Below, in pieces: positions 1 to 9,378 of a DNA stretch of 64,000 bases. The notes beneath the pieces are model-generated. The model worked only from the letters and a program-made list of their open reading frames with translations, was not told where the DNA came from and did not search any database. Position 1 is the stretch's first letter. Each line of letters begins with the position of its first letter. The translations under genes were made by a program, and so were the position numbers. Origin of the DNA: Gammaproteobacteria bacterium (GTDB lineage Bacteria > Pseudomonadota > Gammaproteobacteria > CAKMZV01); assembly GCA_965277625.1 (NCBI GenBank), contig OZ255827.1:1717057-1781056 (forward strand), read 5' to 3'.

Positions 1-3000
1 TGCGATTTGTCATAAACGTAGGCAATCCCGCCCGACATGCCCGCGCCAAAATTGAGACCCGTTGCACCCAAGACCACAATCTCACCCCCAGTCATGTATT
101 CACAACCGTGATCGCCCAAGCCTTCCACCACCGCAATGGCGCCAGAGTTGCGCACGCCAAAGCGTTCGCCTGCTGTACCCAAGGCATACAAGGTCCCACC
201 GGTGGCACCGTATAAGCAGGTGTTCCCGACGATGGGCGATAAATAGGGATCAAATTTACCTTCAAGAGGCGGGGTGATCACTATGCGTCCACCCGCCATG
301 CCCTTGCCAACATAGTCATTGGCATCGCCCTTTAGATATAAATGCAATCCACCAGCATTCCATACACCAAAAGACTGACCTGCCACGCCTGTTAAATTAA
401 ATCTGATGGGGGAATCCTCCATGCCTTTGTCACCCCATTGACGAGCGATTTCGCCCGAAACTAGTGCACCAATGCTGCGATCAGTATTGAGAATTTCAAG
501 CGCATAAGTGCCCCCTTTCTTGTGGGCGATTGCTTCTGAAACCATGGCCAACATCGATTGTGCTTTTTCCCCTTTATCCCAAGGGTCATTGGCAGGCGAC
601 TGACAATAATTTGGCTTGCTCTTTATTTGTTCGTTCTGATGCAATAAATCAGATAGGTCAATGTTGCTCTGTTTTTCTGTGGTGCCAGCGCGTTGCTTTA
701 AATATTGGGTTTGACCAATGAGTTCATTCAAAGAGCGAACGCCAATAGAAGCCATGATTTCTCGGACTTCCTGAGCGACAAACTGAAAGTAGTGCATGAC
801 CATTTCAGGCAAGCCAATAAAATGTTCTTTTCGTAATCGTTCGTTTTGAGTGGCGACCCCAACGGCACAGGTATTTAAATGGCAAATTCTGAGGTATTTG
901 CAACCCAATGCAATCATGGGGGCTGTGCCAAAACCAAAAGATTCTGCGCCGAGCATGGCCGCCTTCACCACGTCTAAACCTGTTTTTAATCCACCATCCG
1001 TCTGCACCCGCACCTTGCCTCGTAGATCATTGGCTTGTAAGACTTTGTGCGTTTCTGCCAAGCCCAATTCAAATGGCACGCCAGCGTATTTAACCGATGT
1101 TAAAGGACTGGCGCCAGTCCCACCATCATAGCCCGCAATGGTGATCAAATCAGCGTAGGCTTTGACAACACCTGCGGCAATGGTACCCACACCTGGGGCA
1201 GCAACCAATTTTACTGAAACCAATGCCTTTGGATTAACCTGCTTTAAGTCATAAATGAGTTGGGCCAAGTCCTCAATTGAATAGATGTCATGATGCGGTG
1301 GCGGAGAAATCAGCGTGACCCCTTCATTGGCATGGCGTAATTTGGCAATGTAGGCATCCACTTTATGGCCTGGCAGTTGCCCACCTTCACCCGGTTTTGC
1401 CCCCTGAGCCACCTTGATTTGAATGACTTCGGCGTTGACCAAGTAGTGCGGCGTTACCCCAAATCGCCCTGATGCCACTTGCTTTATTTTGGACATTTTT
1501 TCAGTACCATAGCGCAGAGGGTCTTCGCCACCTTCGCCAGAATTTGAGCGTGCACCCAATCGGTTCATGGCAATGGCCAATGATTCGTGCGCTTCAGGTG
1601 ACAACGCCCCCAGCGAGATGCCGGCTGAATCAAAGCGCTGAATGATGTTTTCAATGCTTTCTACTTCCTCAATGGGCACGGGTTCTTTGGGGACGATTTC
1701 TAATAAATCTCTGAGAACCAGCGGATTCCGCTCATTGACAAAGGTTGCAAATTGATGGTAGGCATTGACATCATTATGTTGGACCGCCTTGCGTAAATTT
1801 TCAACCACATCGGGATTAAAAGCGTGGGCTTCACCACCGTGAATGTATTTAAACAACCCGCCTTGAGCGATGGTTTTACGCGGATTAAACGCTAAGTCAT
1901 GGAGATACTGCTGATCATTATGAAAATGTTTGAATTTGCTCCCTTTGATACGGCTCGGCGTACCGTTGAAGCACATTCTAATGATCTCTTTGGACAAGCC
2001 AACGGCTTCAAACAATTGTGCCCCGCGATAAGAGGCAATCGTTGAAATGCCCATCTTCGATAAAATTTTGAATAAGCCCTTGTTAATCCCACGAATGTAA
2101 TTCTCTATGTAGGGGCCGAGGGCAATGGCTGAATCTAAGCCACGGTTTTCATGCATGTCTTTAATGACTCTATAAGCCAGCCAAGGATAAATGGCTGTTG
2201 CGCCGTAACCCAATAACACAGCATAGTGATGAGAGTCTCGAACTGTGGCTGTACTGATGACCAAGTTTGCATCGGTACGAAGCCCTCGAGATATGAGGCG
2301 GTGATGAACAGCGCCTGTGGCTAAGCAAGCGTGAATGGTCAAATAATCGGGTTGAATGGATTCATCGCTTAAAATCAGAATGGTGTGCCCTTTCTCCACC
2401 ATGGCCTCAGCCATATCACACAGATTGCCAATCGCATGACTCAATCCCACATCTGGGTTGTAGTGCAAAGACAACTCAACACTGCTTAAGGAATCCTGCG
2501 TATTAGAGATTTTGAGCATGTCGTGATAGCTGTTCGGCGATAACACGGGGGTATCGACCACAATTCTGCGAGCATGATTACGAGTCTCGTGGAAGATGCT
2601 CAACTCACACCCTAAGATGGTTGATAACGACATCACTATGGACTCTCTCAAGGGATCAATGGCTGGATTGGTCACTTGGGCAAACACTTGCCGAAAATAA
2701 TCGAATATGGACCTTGGTTGCCTGGACATGACCGCCAATGGTGCATCGTCGCCCATTGAGGCTGTGGGTTCTTGAGCGTCCTCCGCTAAAATCCGAATAA
2801 CTTGATCGCGTTCTTCAAAAGTTACCTGGAATAATTTTTGCGCCTTATGACATTCATCATCGGACAGTTGCAGATACTGAGCATCATTTTGGTGATCAGC
2901 CGTAATCTTGATGACGTGGTCATTGAGCCATTTTTGGTAAGGATTGCCTTTAGATGAAAGGACATTAACCTCGTTCGGCTTTAAGAAAACACCACGCTTT

Positions 3001-4256
3001 AAGTCCACTGCAACAATTTGACCCGCTTTGATTCGCCCTTTGAAGACCACATCCGCTGGATCATAATCGAACACGCCGATCTCAGAGGCAAAGGTGATGT
3101 TTCTGTCTTTGGTAATGACGTAGCGGGTGGGACGCAAACCATTGCGATCCAATGCACAAATGGCATAATCGCCATTGTTGATGACGAGCGCTGCCGGTCC
3201 ATCCCAAGGCTCCATGTGCATCGATTGAAATTCAAATAAAGCCCGCATTTCTGGCCCCAAAGCCTCAATATTTTGCCAAGCGGGTGGAATCAGCAGGCGG
3301 ATGGAGCGTAAGACATCGCTGCCACCCATCATGAGCACTTCAAGCATATTATCTAAACTGGCAGAATCTGAACCGCGCATTGAAACCAGCGGATTGATGT
3401 GTTCAATTTCTGGCAATATATCTGAGTTCATTTTTTTACGCCGAGCGTTTGCCCAATTGCGGTTGCCTTGAATGGTGTTGAGTTCACCATTGTGCGCCAA
3501 AAATCGGAATGGCTGTGCCAAACGCCATTGTGGCAGAGTATTGGTCGAAAATCTTTGATGATAGGAACACACAGAAATCGCAAAATCTGGCTGATTGAGA
3601 TCGTCAAAAAATCGGGCCAAATCGGCAGGCACCATCAGTCCTTTATAGCCGATGATCTTTGAATGCAGAGACACCACATAAAAATCAGGGTCATCTTCAA
3701 GTAGCATCTCACTGAATCGCCTGGCCACAAATAAATGCCGATTAAAAGCATCATCATCCATATCTTCGGCGGCATTAATAAACACATATTCAATGCGAGG
3801 CAAGCTGTTCAGCGCCTGTTCGCCTAAGACCTCAGGGTGAATTGGTACTTCGTGCCAGCCCAAAACATTCAAGCCCCTTAATGCCAATTTTTTGTTGAGT
3901 GTCAATCGTGCAACGCGTGCTAATGACTCTTGCTGGTTTAAAAACACCATACCAACAGCGTACTTGTCACCCAATGACATGTTGAGCGAAGCGGCTTTTT
4001 TGCGAAAAAACTGATCCGGTTTGGATAAAAGCAAACCACAGCCATCACCTGAGCGACCGTCTGCTGCCAAACCACCTCGATGCGTCATCCGACACAGTGA
4101 TACGATGGCCGTTTTCAGAATGTCATGCGAAGCCTTGTTATCCAAATTTGCAATCATCCCAAACCCGCAATTTTCTTTTTCAAAATCGGGCGAGTAGAGA
4201 CCGGAAAGGGTCTCTAATGGATGTTGTTTTATGTCTTTTTTCATTGGCTTTTGCAT
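1..4256 (-). CDS. gltB: Glutamate synthase large subunit (3' end runs off the window)
   Basis: It is not in the ORF track because no stop lies inside the window. Manual minus-strand translation from ATG at 4256 gives MQKPMKKDIKQHPLETLSGLYSPDFEKENCGFGMIANLDNKASHDIL...RMTHRGG, the amidotransferase N-terminus. Positions 3-430 give GMEDSPIRFNLTGVAGQSFGVWNAGGLHLYLKGDANDYVGKGMAGGRIVI...GERFGVRNSGAIAVVEGLGDHGCEYMTGG, the GXGXG C-terminal domain. Both ends are in the same frame (4254 nt = 1418 codons), and the track lists no stop-bounded ORF in that frame. Confidence 0.9.
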   Translation of the reverse strand, partial: MQKPMKKDIKQHPLETLSGLYSPDFEKENCGFGMIANLDNKASHDILKTAIVSLCRMTHRGGLAADGRSGDGCGLLLSKPDQFFRKKAASLNMSLGDKYAVGMVFLNQQESLARVARLTLNKKLALRGLNVLGWHEVPIHPEVLGEQALNSLPRIEYVFINAAEDMDDDAFNRHLFVARRFSEMLLEDDPDFYVVSLHSKIIGYKGLMVPADLARFFDDLNQPDFAISVCSYHQRFSTNTLPQWRLAQPFRFLAHNGELNTIQGNRNWANARRKKMNSDILPEIEHINPLVSMRGSDSASLDNMLEVLMMGGSDVLRSIRLLIPPAWQNIEALGPEMRALFEFQSMHMEPWDGPAALVINNGDYAICALDRNGLRPTRYVITKDRNITFASEIGVFDYDPADVVFKGRIKAGQIVAVDLKRGVFLKPNEVNVLSSKGNPYQKWLNDHVIKITADHQNDAQYLQLSDDECHKAQKLFQVTFEERDQVIRILAEDAQEPTASMGDDAPLAVMSRQPRSIFDYFRQVFAQVTNPAIDPLRESIVMSLSTILGCELSIFHETRNHARRIVVDTPVLSPNSYHDMLKISNTQDSLSSVELSLHYNPDVGLSHAIGNLCDMAEAMVEKGHTILILSDESIQPDYLTIHACLATGAVHHRLISRGLRTDANLVISTATVRDSHHYAVLLGYGATAIYPWLAYRVIKDMHENRGLDSAIALGPYIENYIRGINKGLFKILSKMGISTIASYRGAQLFEAVGLSKEIIRMCFNGTPSRIKGSKFKHFHNDQQYLHDLAFNPRKTIAQGGLFKYIHGGEAHAFNPDVVENLRKAVQHNDVNAYHQFATFVNERNPLVLRDLLEIVPKEPVPIEEVESIENIIQRFDSAGISLGALSPEAHESLAIAMNRLGARSNSGEGGEDPLRYGTEKMSKIKQVASGRFGVTPHYLVNAEVIQIKVAQGAKPGEGGQLPGHKVDAYIAKLRHANEGVTLISPPPHHDIYSIEDLAQLIYDLKQVNPKALVSVKLVAAPGVGTIAAGVVKAYADLITIAGYDGGTGASPLTSVKYAGVPFELGLAETHKVLQANDLRGKVRVQTDGGLKTGLDVVKAAMLGAESFGFGTAPMIALGCKYLRICHLNTCAVGVATQNERLRKEHFIGLPEMVMHYFQFVAQEVREIMASIGVRSLNELIGQTQYLKQRAGTTEKQSNIDLSDLLHQNEQIKSKPNYCQSPANDPWDKGEKAQSMLAMVSEAIAHKKGGTYALEILNTDRSIGALVSGEIARQWGDKGMEDSPIRFNLTGVAGQSFGVWNAGGLHLYLKGDANDYVGKGMAGGRIVITPPLEGKFDPYLSPIVGNTCLYGATGGTLYALGTAGERFGVRNSGAIAVVEGLGDHGCEYMTGGEIVVLGATGLNFGAGMSGGIAYVYDKS

Positions 4257-4547
4257 ATTATTTGACGCTTTTAAATTCATGCGCTCTAACAGTCTTATTG
4301 ATAAGAAGTCATGTCGTTTGCGCAGACATATATCTGTGAAACCACACGTCTATTGCACAGAATTTTTAAATCTCACGGATTGCCTCAGAGACGGTCTATC
4401 ATTGTACCATATAAAGAAATACCTCCAATCACGACAGCTGTTCTCTGAATACCACTTTTTAAAATTATGGACGTGAGTATTTATAAAAATAATGCTTTTA
4501 ATGTTTGATTAAATGAACGTTTTGCACTATTATTTCACGTCTATAGA

Positions 4548-4574
4548 AGGCACATAAATTATTGACGTGTGCCT
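4548..4574. promoter_or_regulatory. Inverted repeat AGGCACA-N13-TGTGCCT in the gltB/ABC-operon divergent region (candidate operator)
   Basis: AGGCACA (4548-4554) and TGTGCCT (4568-4574) are exact reverse complements. The repeat sits 37 nt upstream of ATG 4611. The related motif CACACGTC recurs at 4343-4350. Confidence 0.3.
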
Positions 4575-4610
4575 AAACTGTTATTTTTCATATACTTAAA
4601 GGAGTTACTG

Positions 4611-5606
4611 ATGAAAAAAATCTCACAACAATTGTTTATTGCTCTAACACTGACGGGGCTATTATTTGCAAAAAATGCTTCAGCACTTGATGAGCTAAAT
4701 ATTGCATATTTCTTAGAATGGCCTTCAGCGAACCAAGTCGCTCAAATTGAAAAAACTTATGATCAGCGCATGGGTCTTAAAGTCAACTGGAAAGCTTTTG
4801 ATAATGGTAACGCCATGACTGCTGCGATGGTTGCTGGTGACATTGACATTGCTTATTCACAAGGTTTTATTCCATTTGTTGTTGCCGTCAGCAAAGGCGT
4901 CGATCTTAAACTCGTCGGTGTGGCCATGACTTATGCTGAAAATGACAACTGTGTTGTTCGTAAAGGAACAGGTATTACCAAAGCAAATGCCAAGCAGTTA
5001 GAAGGCAAAAAAGTTGGTAGCCCTCAAGGTAATGTCACACACTACAAATTGCTTAAAACATTGAAACATCTTGGTGTTGATGCAAAGAAAGTTAAAATTC
5101 TAAGCATGCAGAACAGTGATGTTGCGGCCGCTTTAGCCCGTGGTGATGTCGATATGGCTTGTGGATTCGGTGGTTCTTTGATTCGCATGAAAGAACACGG
5201 ATCGGTACTAATGACCGGTGCAGAACAAGAAGCTATTGGCCTTAAAGTTTTTGACATCGTTTCAGTCACAGGTGATTTCGCCAGAAAAAATCCTGAAATT
5301 GTGACCCAATTTATGCAAATCACTGAAGATGCGAATCTTGCCTACAATCGCTATCCTTCAAGATTTTATAAAACCCTATCTAAAGCCTCAGGAATGGATA
5401 TGGATGGCACAATCAGTACACTGAACAAATTCAAGTTTTTAACACGCTCAGAACAGTTGTCTAAACAGTGGATGAATGGAGGCGTTCAGGACTTCACCAA
5501 AGAAGTCGCTGATTTTTTTGTGACCGAGAAACAATTGCCTAAAGCGCTTTCAAAAGCAGAATACAGCAAATCAATTGATGCGAGTTTCCTAGAGAAAGTT
5601 AAGTAA
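4611..5606 (+). CDS. Periplasmic substrate-binding protein, NitT/TauT ABC family (TauA-like; substrate unproven)
   Basis: Track ORF 4569..5606. The preferred start is ATG 4611, preceded by AAGGAG (4599-4604). The signal peptide is MKKISQQLFIALTLTGLLFAKNASA. The block WKAFDNGNAMTAAMVAGDIDIAYSQG resembles taurine/sulfonate-binding proteins. A matching ATPase and permease follow. Confidence 0.75.
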   Translation: MKKISQQLFIALTLTGLLFAKNASALDELNIAYFLEWPSANQVAQIEKTYDQRMGLKVNWKAFDNGNAMTAAMVAGDIDIAYSQGFIPFVVAVSKGVDLKLVGVAMTYAENDNCVVRKGTGITKANAKQLEGKKVGSPQGNVTHYKLLKTLKHLGVDAKKVKILSMQNSDVAAALARGDVDMACGFGGSLIRMKEHGSVLMTGAEQEAIGLKVFDIVSVTGDFARKNPEIVTQFMQITEDANLAYNRYPSRFYKTLSKASGMDMDGTISTLNKFKFLTRSEQLSKQWMNGGVQDFTKEVADFFVTEKQLPKALSKAEYSKSIDASFLEKVK

Positions 5607-5625
5607 TTTATTGATGAAATCTAAA

Positions 5626-5656
5626 GGGCTACAATACTTTATTGTGGCCCTTTTTT
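5626..5656 (+). terminator. Stem-loop plus T-run between the binding-protein and ATPase genes (partial terminator/attenuator)
   Basis: GGGCTACAAT (5626-5635) pairs with ATTGTGGCCC (5641-5650, one G-U pair). The loop is 5 nt and is followed by TTTTTT (5651-5656). Confidence 0.5.
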
Positions 5657-5666
5657 GGAGGATAAT

Positions 5667-6470
5667 ATGTCGGGTCTAAATGTTAAAAATGTATCGATGG
5701 TTTACGAGCTGCCGCGCGGCGGTTCTGTTGATGCGCTCAAAGATGTTTCATTTGATTTAGAACCAGGTGAGTTGCTCACCATTCTGGGTCCATCCGGGTG
5801 TGGTAAAACCACTCTGCTGAACATCTTGGCTGGGTTTCTTGCACCGACCGCTGGAGACATTGTTTTTGAAGGCAATGAAGTCTTAGGTCCCGATCCTCAA
5901 CGAGGTATGGTATTTCAGCAGGGCGCTCTTTTTGAATGGCTAACTGTTGCTGAAAATGTCGGTTTTGGTCCGAAAATGTCCAACAAGCCGAGCAACGAAA
6001 TTAAAACATTAACCCAACGCTGGTTAGACATCGTTGGATTGTCTGACTTTGGCGAAAAATCCACTTACGAATTATCTGGCGGTATGCAACAAAGGGTTGC
6101 ATTGGCACGGTGTTTGGCCAATGAACCTGATTTAATACTGATGGATGAACCATTGGGTGCATTGGATGCCTTGACCCGAGAAAAAATGCAAGGCCTAATT
6201 TTGAAACTTTGGAAAGATACAGGCAAAACCATTGTACTCATCACACACAGTGTTGAGGAAGCAATGATTTTAGGAAATCGCTTATTTATTATGGCACCAA
6301 GGCCTGGCCGTTTAGAAAAAGAATACAAGCTCCCGTTCGCTGAAATGGGACTTTCTGGCAATACCAGAGACATCAAAAAACAAATAGATTTTGTTGAAAC
6401 ACGTGAAGAAATTTTGACTATGATTTGGGACATGGAAGAAGAAATCATGGGCAGACAAGGAGAAGAGTAA
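5667..6470 (+). CDS. ABC transporter ATP-binding protein (TauB/SsuB-like)
   Basis: Track ORF 5655..6470; ATG 5667 follows GGAGG. It has Walker A GPSGCGKTT, the signature LSGGMQQRVALAR and Walker B LILMDEP. Confidence 0.85.
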   Translation: MSGLNVKNVSMVYELPRGGSVDALKDVSFDLEPGELLTILGPSGCGKTTLLNILAGFLAPTAGDIVFEGNEVLGPDPQRGMVFQQGALFEWLTVAENVGFGPKMSNKPSNEIKTLTQRWLDIVGLSDFGEKSTYELSGGMQQRVALARCLANEPDLILMDEPLGALDALTREKMQGLILKLWKDTGKTIVLITHSVEEAMILGNRLFIMAPRPGRLEKEYKLPFAEMGLSGNTRDIKKQIDFVETREEILTMIWDMEEEIMGRQGEE

Positions 6471-7318
6471 TGAGAGAACTATTGATTAAATTGGGCTTAG
6501 CTGACCCAAATGTAGCAAGAAAAACGGTTACTTTTGGCGATGCATCCGTGGTGGCCGCCAAGGGCGCACGCGGCTGGACTTTCTTGTCCATCGGTGTCCT
6601 ACTCCTCATTTGGTTTTTAGCAGGCGTTTTTGATTGGGTGAGTCCAATCTTCTGGCCTTCAATGGGATCAGTTTGGGATCAATTTACCTTGATTTCAACC
6701 GAAGGTTATCGTAACTTCACACTCTACGAACATATTGGATTCAGCCTCTATAGGGTACTGTTAGGATTCTTCATCGGCTGTCTTGTTGGCATCCCATTGG
6801 GCTTTGCTCTGGCATTATCACGCATCATGAATCGCTTATTTGACCCCATTGTTGAGTTTTTCCGTCCCATGCCCCCATTGGCGCTCATTCCATTGGTTAT
6901 TCTATGGTTGGGGATTGGCGAAGAAGCAAAGGTATTTTTGCTATTCCTTGCCGCTGTTTGGATTATGGCTCTGGCCACCCGTTCAGGTGCATTGGCGACA
7001 AAAATTGCTAAAATCCACGCCGCTTACACCCTCAATGCCACAAAAACTCAGATCTTACTTCGCGTTATTTTACCAAATGCACTACCTGAAATATTTACCG
7101 GCATGCGCGTTTGTATGGGCGTGTGTTGGGGGACAGTGGTTGCTGCCGAACTCGTGGCTGCGGAAGCAGGCGTTGGCATGATGATCATGGTTGCCAGTAA
7201 ATTCTTAGCAACTGATATTGTTGTATTGGGCATTATTCTCATCGGTGTCATTGCTTACGCCATCGATCTTTTTATGCGCTTTCTCGAAGATAAACTCATC
7301 CCTTGGCGTGGAAAATAA
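6470..7318 (+). CDS. ABC transporter permease (TauC/SsuC-like, BPD_transp_1 type)
   Basis: Track ORF 6425..7318. ATG 6470 overlaps the upstream TAA by 1 nt (TAATG). The protein is multi-span hydrophobic and carries an EAA-like loop, ATRSGALATKIAKIHAAYTLNATKTQILLRVILPNALPEI. Confidence 0.8.
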   Translation: MRELLIKLGLADPNVARKTVTFGDASVVAAKGARGWTFLSIGVLLLIWFLAGVFDWVSPIFWPSMGSVWDQFTLISTEGYRNFTLYEHIGFSLYRVLLGFFIGCLVGIPLGFALALSRIMNRLFDPIVEFFRPMPPLALIPLVILWLGIGEEAKVFLLFLAAVWIMALATRSGALATKIAKIHAAYTLNATKTQILLRVILPNALPEIFTGMRVCMGVCWGTVVAAELVAAEAGVGMMIMVASKFLATDIVVLGIILIGVIAYAIDLFMRFLEDKLIPWRGK

Positions 7319-7399
7319 GAGGCTATTTTTACGATTGCACCTTGAAGTCAGTTCTATTGATCGGCGCCTAAGCATTCACTCTGAACACAGGTTCCAATA

Positions 7400-8407
7400 A
7401 TGTCTGTGGTTGAGGACATAGTTGCTCAAGCAAAACAGGGACAAAACGATCGCCTGGCTTTTTCTGAGGGTCAAGATCCTCGAATCATCCAAGCGGCGGT
7501 TCGATTACACCAAGAAAAAATTGCCCAGCCCATCTTGCTTGGCGATCCTGAAACGATCAGAAGCGTGGCATCTGAATGCGCTGTTTCAATCGATGGCATT
7601 CAACTCATAGCGCCTAAATTATCCAAAGACCTCCCTGATTTTACTGATAAACTGCACCAGTTGAGACAACACAAAGGGGTGACGCGATCACAAGCAGAGC
7701 AAATGGTTTTACAACCCCTAGTATTCAGTTATATGTTGTTGGCCACGGGGCAAGTCGATGGTTGCGTCAATGGTGCTGTCCATTCAACGGCCGATGTGGT
7801 CAAAAACGCCTTGCAAATAATTGGTGTTCATTCGAACCACGACATTGTTTCAAGCTTTTTCATCATGGTTTTGAATGAGGATCATGCGCTGGCGCAGAAA
7901 AAATATTTATTCTCAGATTGTGCTCTGATCGTGGATCCATCAGCCAAGGAATTGGCAACCATTGCACAAATGTCGGCCTTAAATGCCTCGCTATTTTTAC
8001 AAGAACAACCTATGGTCGCCATGTTGTCTTTCTCTACCCAGGGCAGCGCTCAACATCCTTTTGCAACCAAGGTTCAAGAGGCGGTTGCCATTTTGAAAGC
8101 GCGCGTTCCAACGCTTTGTGTTGACGGTGAAATCCAATTTGATGCGGCCATAGTACCTAAAATTGCGCGCGATAAAATGCAAAATACGCAAACTGCTGGA
8201 CGGGCAAATGTTTTGGTTTTCCCCAATTTAGACGCTGGCAATATTGGCTATAAAATTGCGCAACGAATGGGACGTGCCACAGCCATTGGTCCCATACTTC
8301 AGGGGCTGAAAAAACCAGCCAATGATTTGTCTCGCGGTTGTTCTGTAGAAGATGTGTTCTTAGTCAGCGCGGCCACAGTAATCCAAGCTTCTAATCTTGC
8401 CTTATGA
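7400..8407 (+). CDS. pta: Phosphate acetyltransferase, short (PTA_PTB-domain-only) form
   Basis: 335 aa. Blocks typical of Pta: RLAFSEGQDPRIIQAA, GQVDGCVNGAVHSTADV, FSDCALIVDPSAKELA, NVLVFPNLDAGNIGYKIAQR and ANDLSRGCSVEDV. Confidence 0.85.
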   Translation: MSVVEDIVAQAKQGQNDRLAFSEGQDPRIIQAAVRLHQEKIAQPILLGDPETIRSVASECAVSIDGIQLIAPKLSKDLPDFTDKLHQLRQHKGVTRSQAEQMVLQPLVFSYMLLATGQVDGCVNGAVHSTADVVKNALQIIGVHSNHDIVSSFFIMVLNEDHALAQKKYLFSDCALIVDPSAKELATIAQMSALNASLFLQEQPMVAMLSFSTQGSAQHPFATKVQEAVAILKARVPTLCVDGEIQFDAAIVPKIARDKMQNTQTAGRANVLVFPNLDAGNIGYKIAQRMGRATAIGPILQGLKKPANDLSRGCSVEDVFLVSAATVIQASNLAL

Positions 8408-9378
8408 TGAACGACGATATTGCCAACAAAATAATCTCTATCAAAGACCTATTTAGTTTTGAATCCGACCTCAAGGTTCGGGGATTCGATGCGCCAAACG
8501 AATACGTCCCAGAAATCAACCCCAATTATCATTTTGATAAAACCACAACCTTGTCAATCTTAGCCGGATTCAGCCACAATCAAAGAGTATTGGTTCAGGG
8601 ATTACACGGCACTGGAAAATCATCACACATAGAACAGGTCGCGGCGCGATTAAATTGGCCCTGTATTCGAGTCAACCTTGACGGCAATATCAGCCGTCTT
8701 GATTTGATTGGCAAAGATACTTTAAAAATTCAAGCTGGGAAACAAGTGACTCAATTTGAATTGGGCATTGTTCCTTGGGCATTGCAGCGACCAATCGCTT
8801 TGGTGTTTGACGAATACGACGCAGGCCGACCCGAAGTGATGTTTATCATCCAAAGGCTGTTGGAGCAAGAAGGCAAATTCACTTTGCTTGACCAAAATAA
8901 GACCATTAAACAACATCCGAATTTTCGGCTTTTTGCCACAGCCAATACGCTTGGCTTGGGCAATATCCACAATCTCTATCACGGCACGCATCTTCTAAAT
9001 CATGCTCAATTGGACCGTTGGAATATCGTCGCTTCTTTGAATTTTTTATCGCCAACTGATGAGGCTAAAATCATCACGGCTCACGTTCCTGAACTGTCGG
9101 CCAAAAACCACACTGAAACCCTTAACGGCATGATTGCATTGGCAAATTTCACAAGAGACAGCCTCAAAATGGGCGATTTATCCAATTTAATGTCTCCGAG
9201 AACGCTCATATCTTGGGCGCAAAATTTTTTAATATTCAAAGATTTACAATTTGCTTTTCGCTTATCTTTTCTCAACAAATGTGATGAATCCGAGCGTGCG
9301 CTCATCGCTGAGTTATATCAGAGAGTATTTGGGCAAGAATTAGAAGAATCGCTCATACATTTGAACTCTGATGAATGA
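8404..9378 (+). CDS. cobS: CobS-like AAA+ ATPase (aerobic cobaltochelatase small-subunit family)
   Basis: 324 aa; the start overlaps the pta stop (ATGA). Walker A is GLHGTGKSS and Walker B is LVFDEYD. Long blocks match CobS as I remember it: TTLSILAGFSHNQRVLVQGLHGTGKSSHIEQVAARLNWPCIRVNLD, FRLFATANT, YHGT..LNHAQLDRWNIV. Confidence 0.8.
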   Translation: MMNDDIANKIISIKDLFSFESDLKVRGFDAPNEYVPEINPNYHFDKTTTLSILAGFSHNQRVLVQGLHGTGKSSHIEQVAARLNWPCIRVNLDGNISRLDLIGKDTLKIQAGKQVTQFELGIVPWALQRPIALVFDEYDAGRPEVMFIIQRLLEQEGKFTLLDQNKTIKQHPNFRLFATANTLGLGNIHNLYHGTHLLNHAQLDRWNIVASLNFLSPTDEAKIITAHVPELSAKNHTETLNGMIALANFTRDSLKMGDLSNLMSPRTLISWAQNFLIFKDLQFAFRLSFLNKCDESERALIAELYQRVFGQELEESLIHLNSDE

